Assembly: GCF_001194135.2 (NCBI RefSeq)
Contig: NC_068995.1
Coordinates: forward strand, 43,898,913 to 43,962,200
Direction of reading: 5' to 3'
Source: Octopus bimaculoides
Lineage: Eukaryota
Length of the DNA stretch: 63,288 nt
Positions 51,901 through 63,288 of the stretch are shown here, piece after piece; the first letter of the stretch is position 1, and every line of letters starts with the position of its first letter. The translations under genes were made by a program, and so were the position numbers. The notes below the pieces were generated by a model. It saw nothing but the letters and a program-made list of their open reading frames with translations. It was not told where the DNA came from and searched no databases.

Positions 51901-52694
51901 AATGCTGGTTAGTCGGCAGATTTATGAGTGAACTGACACTGATGGTAAAACTTTAAAATTTTAATATAAACCTCAGGAATAATTGTTATTCTGTTATGCC
52001 ATTTCTTCATTCGTCAGCTCTGTTGAATAAATGACTAATGGGATTTTCACACGTCTCTTTGAAATTCCACATTCTAATTGGCACAAAGTGATTAGACGTC
52101 AGTTATAAAGTATTCTCTCAAGAGATTATGTAGTCTACTTTAACAGCTTTGGTTTTTAAGTGTTGAAACAGAAATTGCCTTTCCATATCATATCTCTAAA
52201 ATCTGAAGACCTCCTCTACAGTTCAATGTGTTCCTATTGCGATCCTTATTGTTTCCTAAAGCAAGTCCCTTTATTATGTTATTCTCAACCAAATCCAAAT
52301 AACTTGACGTTTTTATCTGCCAGTAAATCATAATTTCAATTGTTGATATGCCAATACTTAATATTCAAGTTAAAAACATATGTACATGTGTGTGTGTTTT
52401 ACGTGTGTGTACGCACGCGTATGTTTGTGGGGGTGGCGTGTGTTGTTTAACGTAAAGCTTTATGTGTACATTAGACTCGCTCTTCAAAAAAGAATATATC
52501 AACATTGTTAAACCAAAACTTTGGCGTTGTGTCCACTAAAAATGATCAAACTTGAGCAGATTCAAGTTTGATTAAATCCGCCTCACAGAAACGTTATTCG
52601 TTTCCAAACCGCAAAGTAAATATTGGCTCTGAACTAAACTGGAATGCACAATTCTCATATCAGTGCAAGTGCTGGTGACATGAAGGAATTAAAT

Positions 52695-52870
52695 AGTCGT
52701 TTCTAATCCAGGTCAGCATTTTGGAGGAGTGGAGCTTAGCTGGCTACATCGATCCAAGTACTTAACCAAGTAACTAGTACTTCATTTCATCGATTCTAAA
52801 GAGAGCAAAAGTGAGGCTGACCTCAGCAAGACATGAGTTTCGAAAATAAAAAGCAAAAACAAATATTACG
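52695..52870 (-). mobile_element. Decayed SINE S1
   Basis: tacatcgatccaagtac..ctagtacttcatttcatcgat..gctgacctcagc. Confidence 0.55.
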
Positions 52871-52979
52871 ACCCCGTCTAATTGGTTTGAAGTTTTAATA
52901 CACGCTCGTCAAAAATCGATCATTGATTATTTCAATTTATTTACGTTGACTTTCTGTATAGCATATTTATGATTACTAA

Positions 52980-53055
<76 letters not shown>

Positions 53056-54215
53056 CTTCCATCTGTCTGTTCAGCAGAATCTGTCTTCTGATACGTGTTT
53101 AAAATAATTTTCGAAGATTCAGAATCAATCGCTTTTCTTGTCGAAAGAAATTTGTCGTTTAACCATCATTACTATCTTTTCACAGTGACAAACAAAGATT
53201 GTGTTGTTTTTTTTCAGACTCAAACATTCAATCATTCTTAATTGCTATCAAATGAAACTACATATAAGACGGTTTAAACGTCTATGTATGCAGATGGATT
53301 GCTAATTTAATATGAAATTTCAGAATTTTTCATAAAATCAGAAATTGACTGATTGGATTTTAAAATAGTAATATAAATTTCAATAACCATCGGCATATTC
53401 TTCTAATTGGCTTGGTTTATTAATTTATCGTTCTTTTTTTTTCTTTTGTAATATGAGGAGAATAAAAAACAATTATACTGGCGTGAATAAAATGTTCCCC
53501 CTGTACATTTTTATTAATATTATGGATTTTAAACTCGACAGTTTATTATTCTGTCTCATGTTCTGCACAAAAAAAATATAGAAATTAAATATTATATTTA
53601 AAATGTTGTAGAATAGATTATTGTCAGAAAAATATGGAAAGGAAGCATTCATATTTTGCTACTTCTCTAAGAGAATGGCTGCTGCTTAAACAAAACATGG
53701 AAGAATAAAATATTTCCTAAAACTTTGCCAACCTCATGACCACACACAATATATAGGAAGCAAAATATAATTTGGAACACAAGCAATTTGAAAAATATTT
53801 CTGTAATANNNNNNNNNNNNNNNNNNNNNNNNNNNNNNNNNNNNNNNNNNNNNNNAAGAATAAAATATTTCCTAAAACTTTGCCAACCTCATGACCACAC
53901 ACAATATATAGGAAGCAAAATATAATTTGGAACACAAGCAATTTGAAAAATATTTCTGTAATAAATATAAATATCTCTGCAATTTTTCTAGATATTCTTA
54001 TTGTAGTATATTTATATATTTCAGTTAGATAATAGTTATCCCTGTGAAAATGATTAATAACTCTCCTTCTTCGAAAAAGCTGATGAAGAATTCAGATCTT
54101 TCTTCGAAATTCTATATATTTTCAGACTCAACTCACCCTTGATGAGAGTTTGGCAAAAATTGATGAAGATTTCATAAGTTTCTTTTAACTTATATAACTT
54201 ATATATTTCATTTAA

Positions 54216-54429
54216 GGCGGCGAGCTGTCAGAATCGCTAGCACAGCAAGCGAAATACTTAGCGGTGTTTTGTCTGCCGCCACGTTCTGAATTCAAATTCC
54301 GCTGAGGTCAACTTTGCCTTTCATCCCTTCAGGGGCGATTAAATAAGTACCAGTTACGTATTGTGATCGATGTAATCGACTTGATCCCTTCCCGCAAAAT
54401 TTGAGGCTTTGTGCTTCCAGTAGAAAGGG
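54216..54429 (+). mobile_element. SINE S1, full length
   Basis: Head, B box, body, and tail as in the 15813 copy. Confidence 0.9.
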
Positions 54430-54689
54430 TAATTTATATGTTTCATGTCCACGTTGGTCCAAATATACTGCTATTGACCAATGCATGATTTAGAAGAGTG
54501 CCCTCTGCTATTAGTTCGTTTCCATTCTCTCCATGTAATAATTTGTACCTAAAGCTATCCATGCCTATCCCTACTGATCGTCAGAGGTGACAGATGGAAA
54601 ATGGTTTCCACCAAAGATTTATTGGCAAATATTAGAGAGTCTACACTCTCGCTCATAATGCTTAATTGTTGTGTTAATTTCTAATTAAC

Positions 54690-54848
54690 ACACAAGGATA
54701 TCAAGTTTGATGACAAGGATGCTAATCGAGTAGATCAACCCCAGTACTTGACTGGTACCTCGGTTTCATATCAACGCAGACCGTAAAGTGCTGGAAGTAA
54801 TACCGTAAAGCATTTTGTCCGGCATTCTCACCTTTCTGCCAATCCACG
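54690..54848 (-). mobile_element. Decayed, deleted SINE S1
   Basis: agatcaaccccagtacttgactggtac and aagcattttgtccggc..ttctgcca. Confidence 0.6.
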
Positions 54849-56643
54849 AATTGTGCATAATATAATGTGTAACATTGTGTCTATGTATGTGTGTGTGTCT
54901 TCTTATGTATGTGTGTATGTATCTATGCATGTATTTATATTTGCATGTGTGTATATATGTATATGTGGTAGTATGTATGGATATATGTATTTGTGGTAGT
55001 ATGTATGCATGTTTGTAAATATACATGTATTTATACACTTATATTTTTGCCTATGCATGTATATATGTGTGAATGTAAGTAAGCATGATCATATACCTGC
55101 GTGGATATTTCCAGGCTTACCTTCCTTATTTTAAGATTCTCCTTGACAACGTGCTTTCAAACGACAACTCTAAACAAGTATGACATGTCACGTTCTTATT
55201 GGGCAATGGACAGTTCACACCAGTGTGATTACAGTAACCAATGGTTAGTGTTGTTGATGTTAAACCATAGGTCTATCCTGTTGAAACAGACCTATGATTA
55301 GGATCATTCCAACGGAATGAAGCCCGTATATATTATCAGATGTAGGGTACCAATTTTTGAGTCTGTACAATTTGAGGGAGATCTTTACTCCTATTTCTGA
55401 CAGGTCGAGGAAACACACAGAATTTGTGGTTGTCGTCTGGTAGCTAGTCAAGCGTTCGTCTATTTCTGGTTCTTTGTTACTGCTACAAACAAACATCCTG
55501 TCTATCATAGTACCATCTTATTTATAGATAGAAGCAGTGATATCTACTCATATGTACTTAAAGGTACTTTACAATTTTGAGAATGTTAAGTAGAGTTCTA
55601 GTTACATTGAACCTCTCTCCAATATGTAATAATTTTCCAGCACTACTGAGGCGGAATTTGACAAGTTTCTGCTAAACACCCTTTAAACGCCATTCTTCTT
55701 CAATATTCTCAATATTCTAGGACAATGATGTTCCATACATTTTTTCAATTGCTTTTTCTGTATTATGTTTGACACTGTACAGAGTCAAATGTTACAGATA
55801 GATTTTGATTTAAAGCGGCATCCTTTAATTCAATAAAACTGTGTGTCGTGCTCATCCCTTGGCAGATCATTCACTCGATATTCTATCCTATTTTTTTTTT
55901 AAGCATTTGTCATTTAACAGGCACGATCATGATAGATCTTATCAAATTATAAAACCCGAAGATAACCCAACCAAAAATATCTGATTCAAAAAAATGTAAC
56001 ATTGTTTCTCTTCTCTTCTCGTATATCTGATATATATATATATATATANNNNNNNNNNNNNNNNNNNNNNNNNNNNNNNNNNNNNNNNNNNNNNNNNNNN
56101 NNNNNNNNNNNNNNNNNNNNNNNNNNNNNNNNNNNNNNNNNNNNNNNNNNNNNNNNNNNNNNNNNNNNNNNNNNNNNNNNNNNNNNNNNNNNNNNNNNNN
56201 NNNNNNNNNNNNNNNNNNNNNNNNNNNNNNNNNNNNNNNNNNNNNNNNNNNNNNNNNNNNNNNNNNNNNNNNNNNNNNNNNNNNNNNNNNNNNNNNNNNN
56301 NNNNNNNNNNNNNNNNNNNNNNNNNNNNNNNNNNNNNNNNNNNNNNNNNNNNNNNNNNNNNNNNNNNNNNNNNNNNNNNNNNNNNNNNNNNNNNNNNNNN
56401 NNNNNNNNNNNNNNNNNNNNNNNNNNNNNNACGGAATATTGACAAAAAAGTCGTCAGAATTTTGGATAAAAATCTTTTTATTTCTTCATTATAATTAGTG
56501 CTTTCCTTCGTTTCTCGAACTTGTCAAATAAAATTTTGTGAATGTACAAACAGCTTGTTCATTTATATACAACAGATGTTGGTGTGGGGTGTTGTTTAGA
56601 AGAAGAGAACATTGTTTTTTGTTTTTTAGCGTGAGGTTCCATG

Positions 56644-56700
<57 letters not shown>
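56644..56700. repeat. (GATA)n microsatellite
   Basis: Direct reading. Confidence 0.95.
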
Positions 56701-56701
<1 letters not shown>

Positions 56702-56739
56702 GCTGATAGATATTATAGTACCTGTGCTATCCGTATTTT

Positions 56740-58137
56740 ATTTGTCTTTCTTCCCATATATTCATCCATCTAGGGTACTTGTTATGGGTTGGTGGTTGTC
56801 TGTATGTTATCTGTCTTTCATGTCTTTTTTTCTTTGTATTTATCCATCTATGGTGCTTGAAATTATGGGCTGATGGTTGTCTATATATTTCATGTGTTGG
56901 CTATTTGCAGTGTTATGCATTGTAGAATATAGGTTTCTAGTTTGTACTTGAAGTGATACGGAAGTCATTTCCACGTATGTTCTTGAGTAATTAGAGGTTC
57001 GATACCTTAGTCCGGTTCCTCTGGGGTTGGTGTCTATGATTGTTTTCGATTTCCTCGTATTTTTTTTTTGTGGTTTCGTTTTCATAATGGTTTTTTTTCT
57101 CCATAGACTTTTTCATAGTTAGTGAACCACTCTTGTTTTTCCCGCTTTGTCTTCTTTCCATAGTTTTTGCAGTATTTTATGACATTGGTTGTCACTTCGC
57201 TCAGCGATTTCAGCAAGCACAACTACGTCATATTTTTTTTTTACTTTCTCGTCGTGTCATATTTTTCGCGATTGCAAAAGAGCGATTTCTCCTTCTTCTC
57301 AGCATAAAGCTAAATACGCACGCATTGTCTTCTCTTCCAGTGATTCACTTCCCATTTCTTTAATAAGAAATTTTCTGGGCAGGATTGGGTTTTCTTTGCT
57401 TCGCCAAATCCTCGTAGGTGTTGGCTATAATATTGTTGCATCGAATGCTTTTCCAATATGCATGTTTCCGTTGATACGTAAGTGTATGAAGAATCGCGGC
57501 ACTCCGTCGGTTACGACGAGGGCTCCAGTTGATACGATCAAGGTATATATATGTGTAGCATTGCGATGTTCTAGCCTTGCCACATCCAATTCTTTTAATG
57601 CTACTACTACTTTTATTTTGCCTTTATTATTATTGCTGCCGTTGTTGTGGTTACTTTTGATAATGTTTTTGCTGTTGCTTCCCTTATTACTATTGTTGTT
57701 TGTCGAACTTGCGACTCTCGATTGCTGCTGTATTAGTTGAACTTTGAACTGTGAGCATTACGATTTTTCTCCTCCCCTTCCGTGAGTAGAAAGCAGCTGT
57801 TGCTAGCATGGCTGTTGTTTATGTCGCGTTTGTGAACATTGCTTTTGCTCCGTCATGAAGTTGGAAGCAGTATGAGGTTTTCCTGCTATCTCATCATTGA
57901 AACCGTTAGTGGGCATTAACGACGCCATAATTCTAACGAGGAAAACAAACACGAATTAAAACAAATGAATATTAAAACAAAATTTTGGCTCTTTAGGGCA
58001 CAATTTCACAATACTTCTCTTCACTCAGTGAAGCGGAGTTATCTTATTTCACGATTCAATAAAAAAGTTTTGAATATTAAACAAATTATTTCAACAAAAT
58101 TTAACAAAATTTCGGGAGGCAACACTAGTGTCAGACA
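56740..58137 (-). mobile_element. Probable decayed 5' portion of a LINE (leader and coiled-coil first ORF)
   Basis: Broken reading YQRKHAYWKSIRCNNI..TYEDL..PRKFLIKEM..EIALLQSRK..LQKLWKED..KQEWFTNYE resembles N-terminal regions I recall from invertebrate LINEs; clade not determinable. No RT seen. Confidence 0.4.
57498..57541 (-). mobile_element. 3'-terminal fragment of the S3/S4 SINE tail
   Basis: tgatcgtatcaactggagccctcgtcgtaaccgacggagtgcc matches the ends of 20641 and 38362. Confidence 0.75.
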
Positions 58138-58138
58138 C

Positions 58139-58177
<39 letters not shown>

Positions 58178-58309
58178 TGATAATAATAATCCAGTCTACT
58201 ATAATAATATTAATAATAATCTAAATTACACACAAAAGTGAAATGCAAATATATTTGCACATGACACTCACTAAACACATGTATCGTCATATTTAATCAA
58301 ATATATACG

Positions 58310-58366
<57 letters not shown>

Positions 58367-58367
<1 letters not shown>

Positions 58368-58515
58368 GGCGTGGCTGTGTGGTAGGAAGCTTGCTTCTCA
58401 AAAACATGGTTCCGGGTTCAGTCCCAATGCGTGGAACCTTAGTCATGTGTCTTTTACTATAACGTCGGGCTTACAAAGGTGTTGTACGTGGATTTGGAAG
58501 GTGAAAACTTGTATG
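58367..58515 (+). mobile_element. SINE S2 5' half
   Basis: ggcgtggctgtgtgg..ggttcagtccc..gtgtcttttactata. Confidence 0.85.
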
Positions 58516-58728
58516 TATGTTTATATATATATACGTATGTATATATGGATGGATTCATTCTTGTATTTGTTTCAGTCATTCGATGGCAGCCGTATATATT
58601 TGTGTCTTTGTGTCTGCGTTTGTCCTGCATCACATGTGTGTGTGTGTGTGTGCGTATACATATGCATAGTCAGGAAGAATGAGAGATGGATAGATGGATG
58701 GATAGATAGACAGACAGACAGATAGAGA

Positions 58729-58952
58729 AGCACTCCACAGACACGTGTACCCATAACATAGTTCTCGGGGAGATTCAGCTTGACACAGAGTGTGACAAGG
58801 CTGGCGTTTCGAAATACAGGTACAACAGAAACAGGAAGAAAGAGTGAGAAAAAGTTGCGGTGAAAGAGTACAGCAGGGTTCGCCACCACCCTCTGCGGGA
58901 GCCTTGTGGCGCTTTGAGTGCTGCCCTAACCACTGAGCCATTGCGCCTCCAC
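58729..58952 (-). mobile_element. SINE S4 (distinct head and middle, S3-type 3' domain)
   Basis: Minus strand: gtggaggcgcaatggctcagtggttagggcag head, unique middle, then acctgtatttc..gccagccttgtcacactctgtgtc as in S3. Confidence 0.8.
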
Positions 58953-59647
58953 GATAGATAGAAAAATACGCATGTATGCCTGTGATTCTTTACATGTGGT
59001 TGTATATATTTTCCATTTAATAAACTTATTTTTAAATGAATATTCTGTACATCGTTTTTGCTTTTGTAAATATTTCTTTATGGCAAGTAAAGAAATTCAA
59101 ATTTTTTCCTCAATCAGTTCATGTGTCTCTGCCTACAGACATGCATATATGTTTCTCTGCACACGTATAGATATTGTATGAATAATTCATAAGCCAATAT
59201 ATCATTCACTTTAAATTACATATGAAAGATCATCTAAACTTGAAATTAATAAGGAAATTTTGCATTTCTCTCTAGAATCTGATATTACTGTTCAGTATAT
59301 TAAATAATATTTCTCTAGAAATATTTATTAGAAATAATATAACATTGTTATTGCTGGTATAAAAAAAAGAGGTGGTTCTTTAATATTACGAGCAATTAAA
59401 TTATTCTTGGCACATTTTTACTACAATAGGCAGGTGCATGATCCCCATCTTTCTAGAAGTAACAGTTGCACATACTGTCCGTCTGAAAAAGAATGGAAGA
59501 CCGCATTTGATAATGTAATCGAGGATACACTTACTGGACTGTTTTGATTATAGCTCTTAAAAAAAAAGAACTGACCTTTTATATAACAATATAGCTCTAA
59601 TTATCATGATCAATTTACCCACTGTCCATGCACCACACGCCAATATT

Positions 59648-60135
59648 TATCATTATTATTATTGAGAGAGCAGCACATGTCATCAATGTTACACTGGAGT
59701 AGAAATAAAAGAAGCCCAATATACTCACCATGACTACCCGTCTAATAAGGGTACACCACACACATGCATCACAACTATATGTGATGCTTGTGCGTATCAC
59801 CATGTATCAAATAAACAGCGCATGTCCTTGCAGATGGGACCCAATTAGAATTTTCTTCAGGTACAAAAGATGGGCTACAGCAAATATTCTGCTCAATACC
59901 ACAGTTTTGCTTGTCAGATTGCTTGACCTTAACCAGTTCAGCATGTCCCGTAGTGGATAACGATATGTGCATCTCTGATCACGAGCAGAAGTAGTGGTGG
60001 AGCTTCATAGTCAGGAGTTGCGAGGAATTCTTTAGAGCTTGAATACTTCGCCTCAGGAAACATGGGCGTTTCGTTCAACATTCTTAAACAATTCTGGGGT
60101 AAAATATACGAATCCAAGTATACCCATCAGGACTA
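59648..60135. repeat. Rearranged unclassified dispersed repeat
   Basis: Begins at (ATT)n; 59694-59735 recurs at 60094-60135; 59860-59935 matches 46703-46777 in reverse. Confidence 0.75.
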
Positions 60136-60159
60136 GAAAATATTTCAGTCCCTAACAGG

Positions 60160-60700
60160 TTCAAGTGCATCCTACAATTTGAGTATTGTTTCCGCATTTA
60201 GGACAATCCTACTGCTACTCTCATTGACAACCTAGGACACTTCCAGAGAAAAGTCACTCGACTCACGGGGCATTCTATCACTAAAAGTCACACTCCAGTC
60301 TCCTGCCTCAGTTGCGCTGCCTTCTCACTGCCATTTCCATCATTATAACAACGACCTGCGTTCCAACGGAGCACGCTAATCTCGAAACCTCATCATTCAG
60401 GCAGCCCCGACCAAATTACCTTACCACTTCTCATCATTTTGTTGCATACACCACCACTCCCCACCCCTTACTAACCACTACACCCAGTCTATTCTCCCCG
60501 AACATCGGCCCTTTGCGATTTTCTCTTTGCTTATATCTTTCCTTCAGATATTGATCTGCAACAGTATAAAAGGAGAGTGAACGGCATCAAAATCCCAAAC
60601 CATGGATGGCCTGCAAATGTCATAGACACTGACCCTTCCTCCAGACCCAGTATTAAGCAAAAAATATATCTGTCAAGTCACAACCTGTCTAAACAATAAA
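60160..60700 (+). mobile_element. CR1/Jockey-group LINE RT C-terminal remnant and 3' end
   Basis: QVHP/FEYCFRI*DNPT..FQRKVTRL..FHHY..PRTSALCDFL..IFPSDIDLQQYKRRVN follows the RPxLEYC.xW..QRxAxR..PRTxxLWNxLP..FP..FK pattern. Confidence 0.8.
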
Positions 60701-60977
60701 AGGGAAGTACAGCACCACATATACACACACGCCAACGCACGTACTTGTGCGTATGTGTATATATGTGTGTGCCTTGTATAACGTAGGTGATATGGTGGAC
60801 AATGCTATCTCATTTATAACACACATCTAGTGGTTTAGCAATGTTATTGTAACTAACAGAAACAATATATGATTATACGATATAAGTACAAGGCAACGAT
60901 GAAGTCTTTACGTTATCGGGCCATCTGATTGAGACTTTCCTGCAATTCTATTCCCTTCACGGAAATAGTGTAAACAT

Positions 60978-61388
60978 AGGCGTAGCTGTGTGATTAGAAT
61001 CTTGCTTTTCAAACTCATTGTTCCGGATTCAGCCCCACTGCATTGCACCTTAGGCGAGTGTCTTCTACTATAGCCTCGGGCAGACCAAAGCCTTGTGGGT
61101 GGATTTAGTACACGGAAAGGGAAAAAAGCCCATCGTTTGTGTGGGGGGGGCGTGTGCGTGCGTGTGTGTGTCTTTGTGTCTGTGTTTGTTCGACAACTGG
61201 TATTGGTTTGTTTACGAGACGTAAACAAACCCATACAATCGTTTTTATGCTGTTTGGCATAAAAGAGCGATAGACCAGACTTCAAAAAAATAATAATGGG
61301 GTCTATTCGTTCGAGTAAAATTTCTTCAAGACAGTGCCTCAGCATGGCCACAATCTAGCAACTGAAACAAGTGAAAGATGAAAGAGAA
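60978..61388 (+). mobile_element. SINE S2, full length, diverged
   Basis: Head, gtgtcttctactatagcctcggg segment, TG tract, and tail cagcatggcc..ctgaaacaagt. Confidence 0.85.
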
Positions 61389-62228
61389 AGAATGTTTCTA
61401 ACGTGACTAACAGCTTTCAGTCAACTCCAAATTCTTGTTATAACTTGTTTCATTTTGGCGGTTAGCATAAGTGTATATATACGTATTGACATGACTTTGA
61501 GTTCGTAAAGAAAAAAATTTCTTTACGTTGAAGTAACTTCTCTTAAAAACTGTTCCATTTTAATATCCAAAGTTACTGAGGTTGGACAGAAAGGATTTGC
61601 TGAGCAAATACATTACATATTTAATACGTTTTTGGAATTTATCATCTCGGGACTTGAGTTGATATATCGCTCATAAAGTAACTAACCTCATTTTACTTTC
61701 ACTTTATATTATAGTACAGATGCAGCATGCTGTTTATGCACAATGACAATCAATCTTCTGCGTCTCTTCTTCCGCATGCATTACTATTCATATCGTTTTG
61801 TAATATATCATTTAAGATCAGAACCCGTTAGCATTTTTCTAGTAGGGAATGTGTTTCTTTTCATTCATGTCCAACATTAATGTGATTGTCACGACATTTG
61901 TATGGAACAGCGAAGTTAGTTTTATACAACCAATTACCAAATGCAACAATCAGAGATATAAAACATCTCTAATCTAACTGAACAACGAAAAGGGAAACAC
62001 AAAGGGTTTACATTTACTGTCAGTTCGCTGGAAACAATATCTGTTATGACAGAAAGCAGAAGCAGTGTTTGAAGATTCGCAATCATAGATATCTCGGAAT
62101 TTTAAAGTAAGTTTTAGTGCTTTTTATATGAAATATAATTACAGAAGAGATGAAGTTGCCTCTTGAAACATGCTTATATAAATGCATGCACGCACGAACA
62201 GATACATATACAGTCATACATATACGTA

Positions 62229-62548
62229 TGGCGTGGCTTTGTGGTAAGAAGCGTGCAAACCACATTGTTAAGTGTCCCTTGCTATAGCCTCAAGTCAACC
62301 AAAGACTTGTGAGCAGATTTAGTAGACGGAAACTGAAAGAACCTCGTCGTATATATACATGTGTGCGTGTGTGCTTGTGTATCTTTGTGTACGTGTTTCT
62401 CAAACTCCTGCCACTGCTTGACGACCAGTGTTGGTTTGTTTAACTATCCGTAACTTAAGAGTTCGGCAAAAGACCGATAGAATAGTACCAGGATTTAAAA
62501 ATAGGTCCTCGGGTCGATTCATTCGATTAAAACCCTTCTGAAAACATT
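62229..62548 (+). mobile_element. SINE S2, internally deleted
   Basis: ggcgtggctttgtggtaag head, tagacggaaactgaaag, gaccgatagaatagtacc. Confidence 0.85.
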
Positions 62549-62660
62549 TTTTATATATAAGTTTAGAAAGATATATAATAAATGCCCAAACAAAAAGAAA
62601 ACAGACGCAGAAAGTCACCAAAACCTCCTCAGTTATCAGCCAAATGCAATTTCACTCATT

Positions 62661-62717
<57 letters not shown>

Positions 62718-62784
62718 NNNNNNNNNNGTATATACAAACACACTTAGATTTTCATGTATATTTATGAATATATGTATGTGTGTG

Positions 62785-62786
<2 letters not shown>

Positions 62787-62834
<48 letters not shown>

Positions 62835-62853
62835 CACACACACACACACACAC

Positions 62854-62919
<66 letters not shown>
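62787..62919. repeat. Compound (GATA)n(GACA)n(CA)n(GATA)n microsatellite
   Basis: Direct reading. Confidence 0.95.
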
Positions 62920-62921
<2 letters not shown>

Positions 62922-63288
62922 CATACTTGAGATTGAGATTATATGTATAACCGCAGATGCTAGCGCAAACTTATTCAATTCTAACTTATAGTTTCTGTAT
63001 AAATCTCTCATCCATTGTATGAATAATAGATGAGACCTGGGTGTGACATTTTGCTTTTTTAATGGAAAATTACTGGCTAATATGCCAACTTGAAACCAGT
63101 GGTGTTGGTATTTAAAATAAATTACTTTATAATATGACAAAGTGTATACGCATATGCATGATGCACATAATTGTATAATATATACGTTGTATATATTATA
63201 TATATAATTGCATATATATACGTACACACACACACACAAACATATATATATATATAATATATGTATGTATATATATATATATATATAT

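Noticed and set aside
53702-53962. Identical ~107-bp direct repeat
   Set aside because: The copies flank an N gap; typical unmerged contig overlap. The same applies at 8330-8465, 9826-9910 and 29270-29345.
54073-54123. CTGATGA..GAAA hammerhead-like string
   Set aside because: Only a 3-bp helix II and A/U-only helices I and III; expected by chance in AT-rich DNA.
55266-55296. 9-bp inverted repeat cataggtct/agacctatg
   Set aside because: Short and isolated; such stems are expected by chance in 63 kb.

Overview
AT-rich eukaryotic draft-assembly DNA with many N gaps, dominated by microsatellites and transposon debris. It is most likely octopus genomic DNA (inference: the dispersed tRNA-headed SINEs resemble those I recall from Octopus; not checked by search). 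I find no intact protein-coding gene, rRNA, functional tRNA or CRISPR array; nearly all long ORFs in the track are translations of microsatellites or N runs. Supported content: about 38 copies or fragments of tRNA-derived SINEs in four modular types (working names S1-S4), two clear and one tentative decayed R4/Dong-clade non-LTR retrotransposon remnants, two CR1/Jockey-group RT C-terminal remnants, a probable LINE 5' remnant, two mariner-type MITE copies, and several unclassified repeats. The most interesting signals are hammerhead-ribozyme-like cores (one Penelope-type, plus one motif conserved in two copies of a local repeat), a 159-bp near-perfect palindrome, a triplicated polypyrimidine-AG|GT motif resembling recursive splice sites, and SINE-in-SINE inverted insertions. 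I cannot support a claim of a new biological system from sequence alone. Most SINE and remnant boundaries were read by eye and are approximate.
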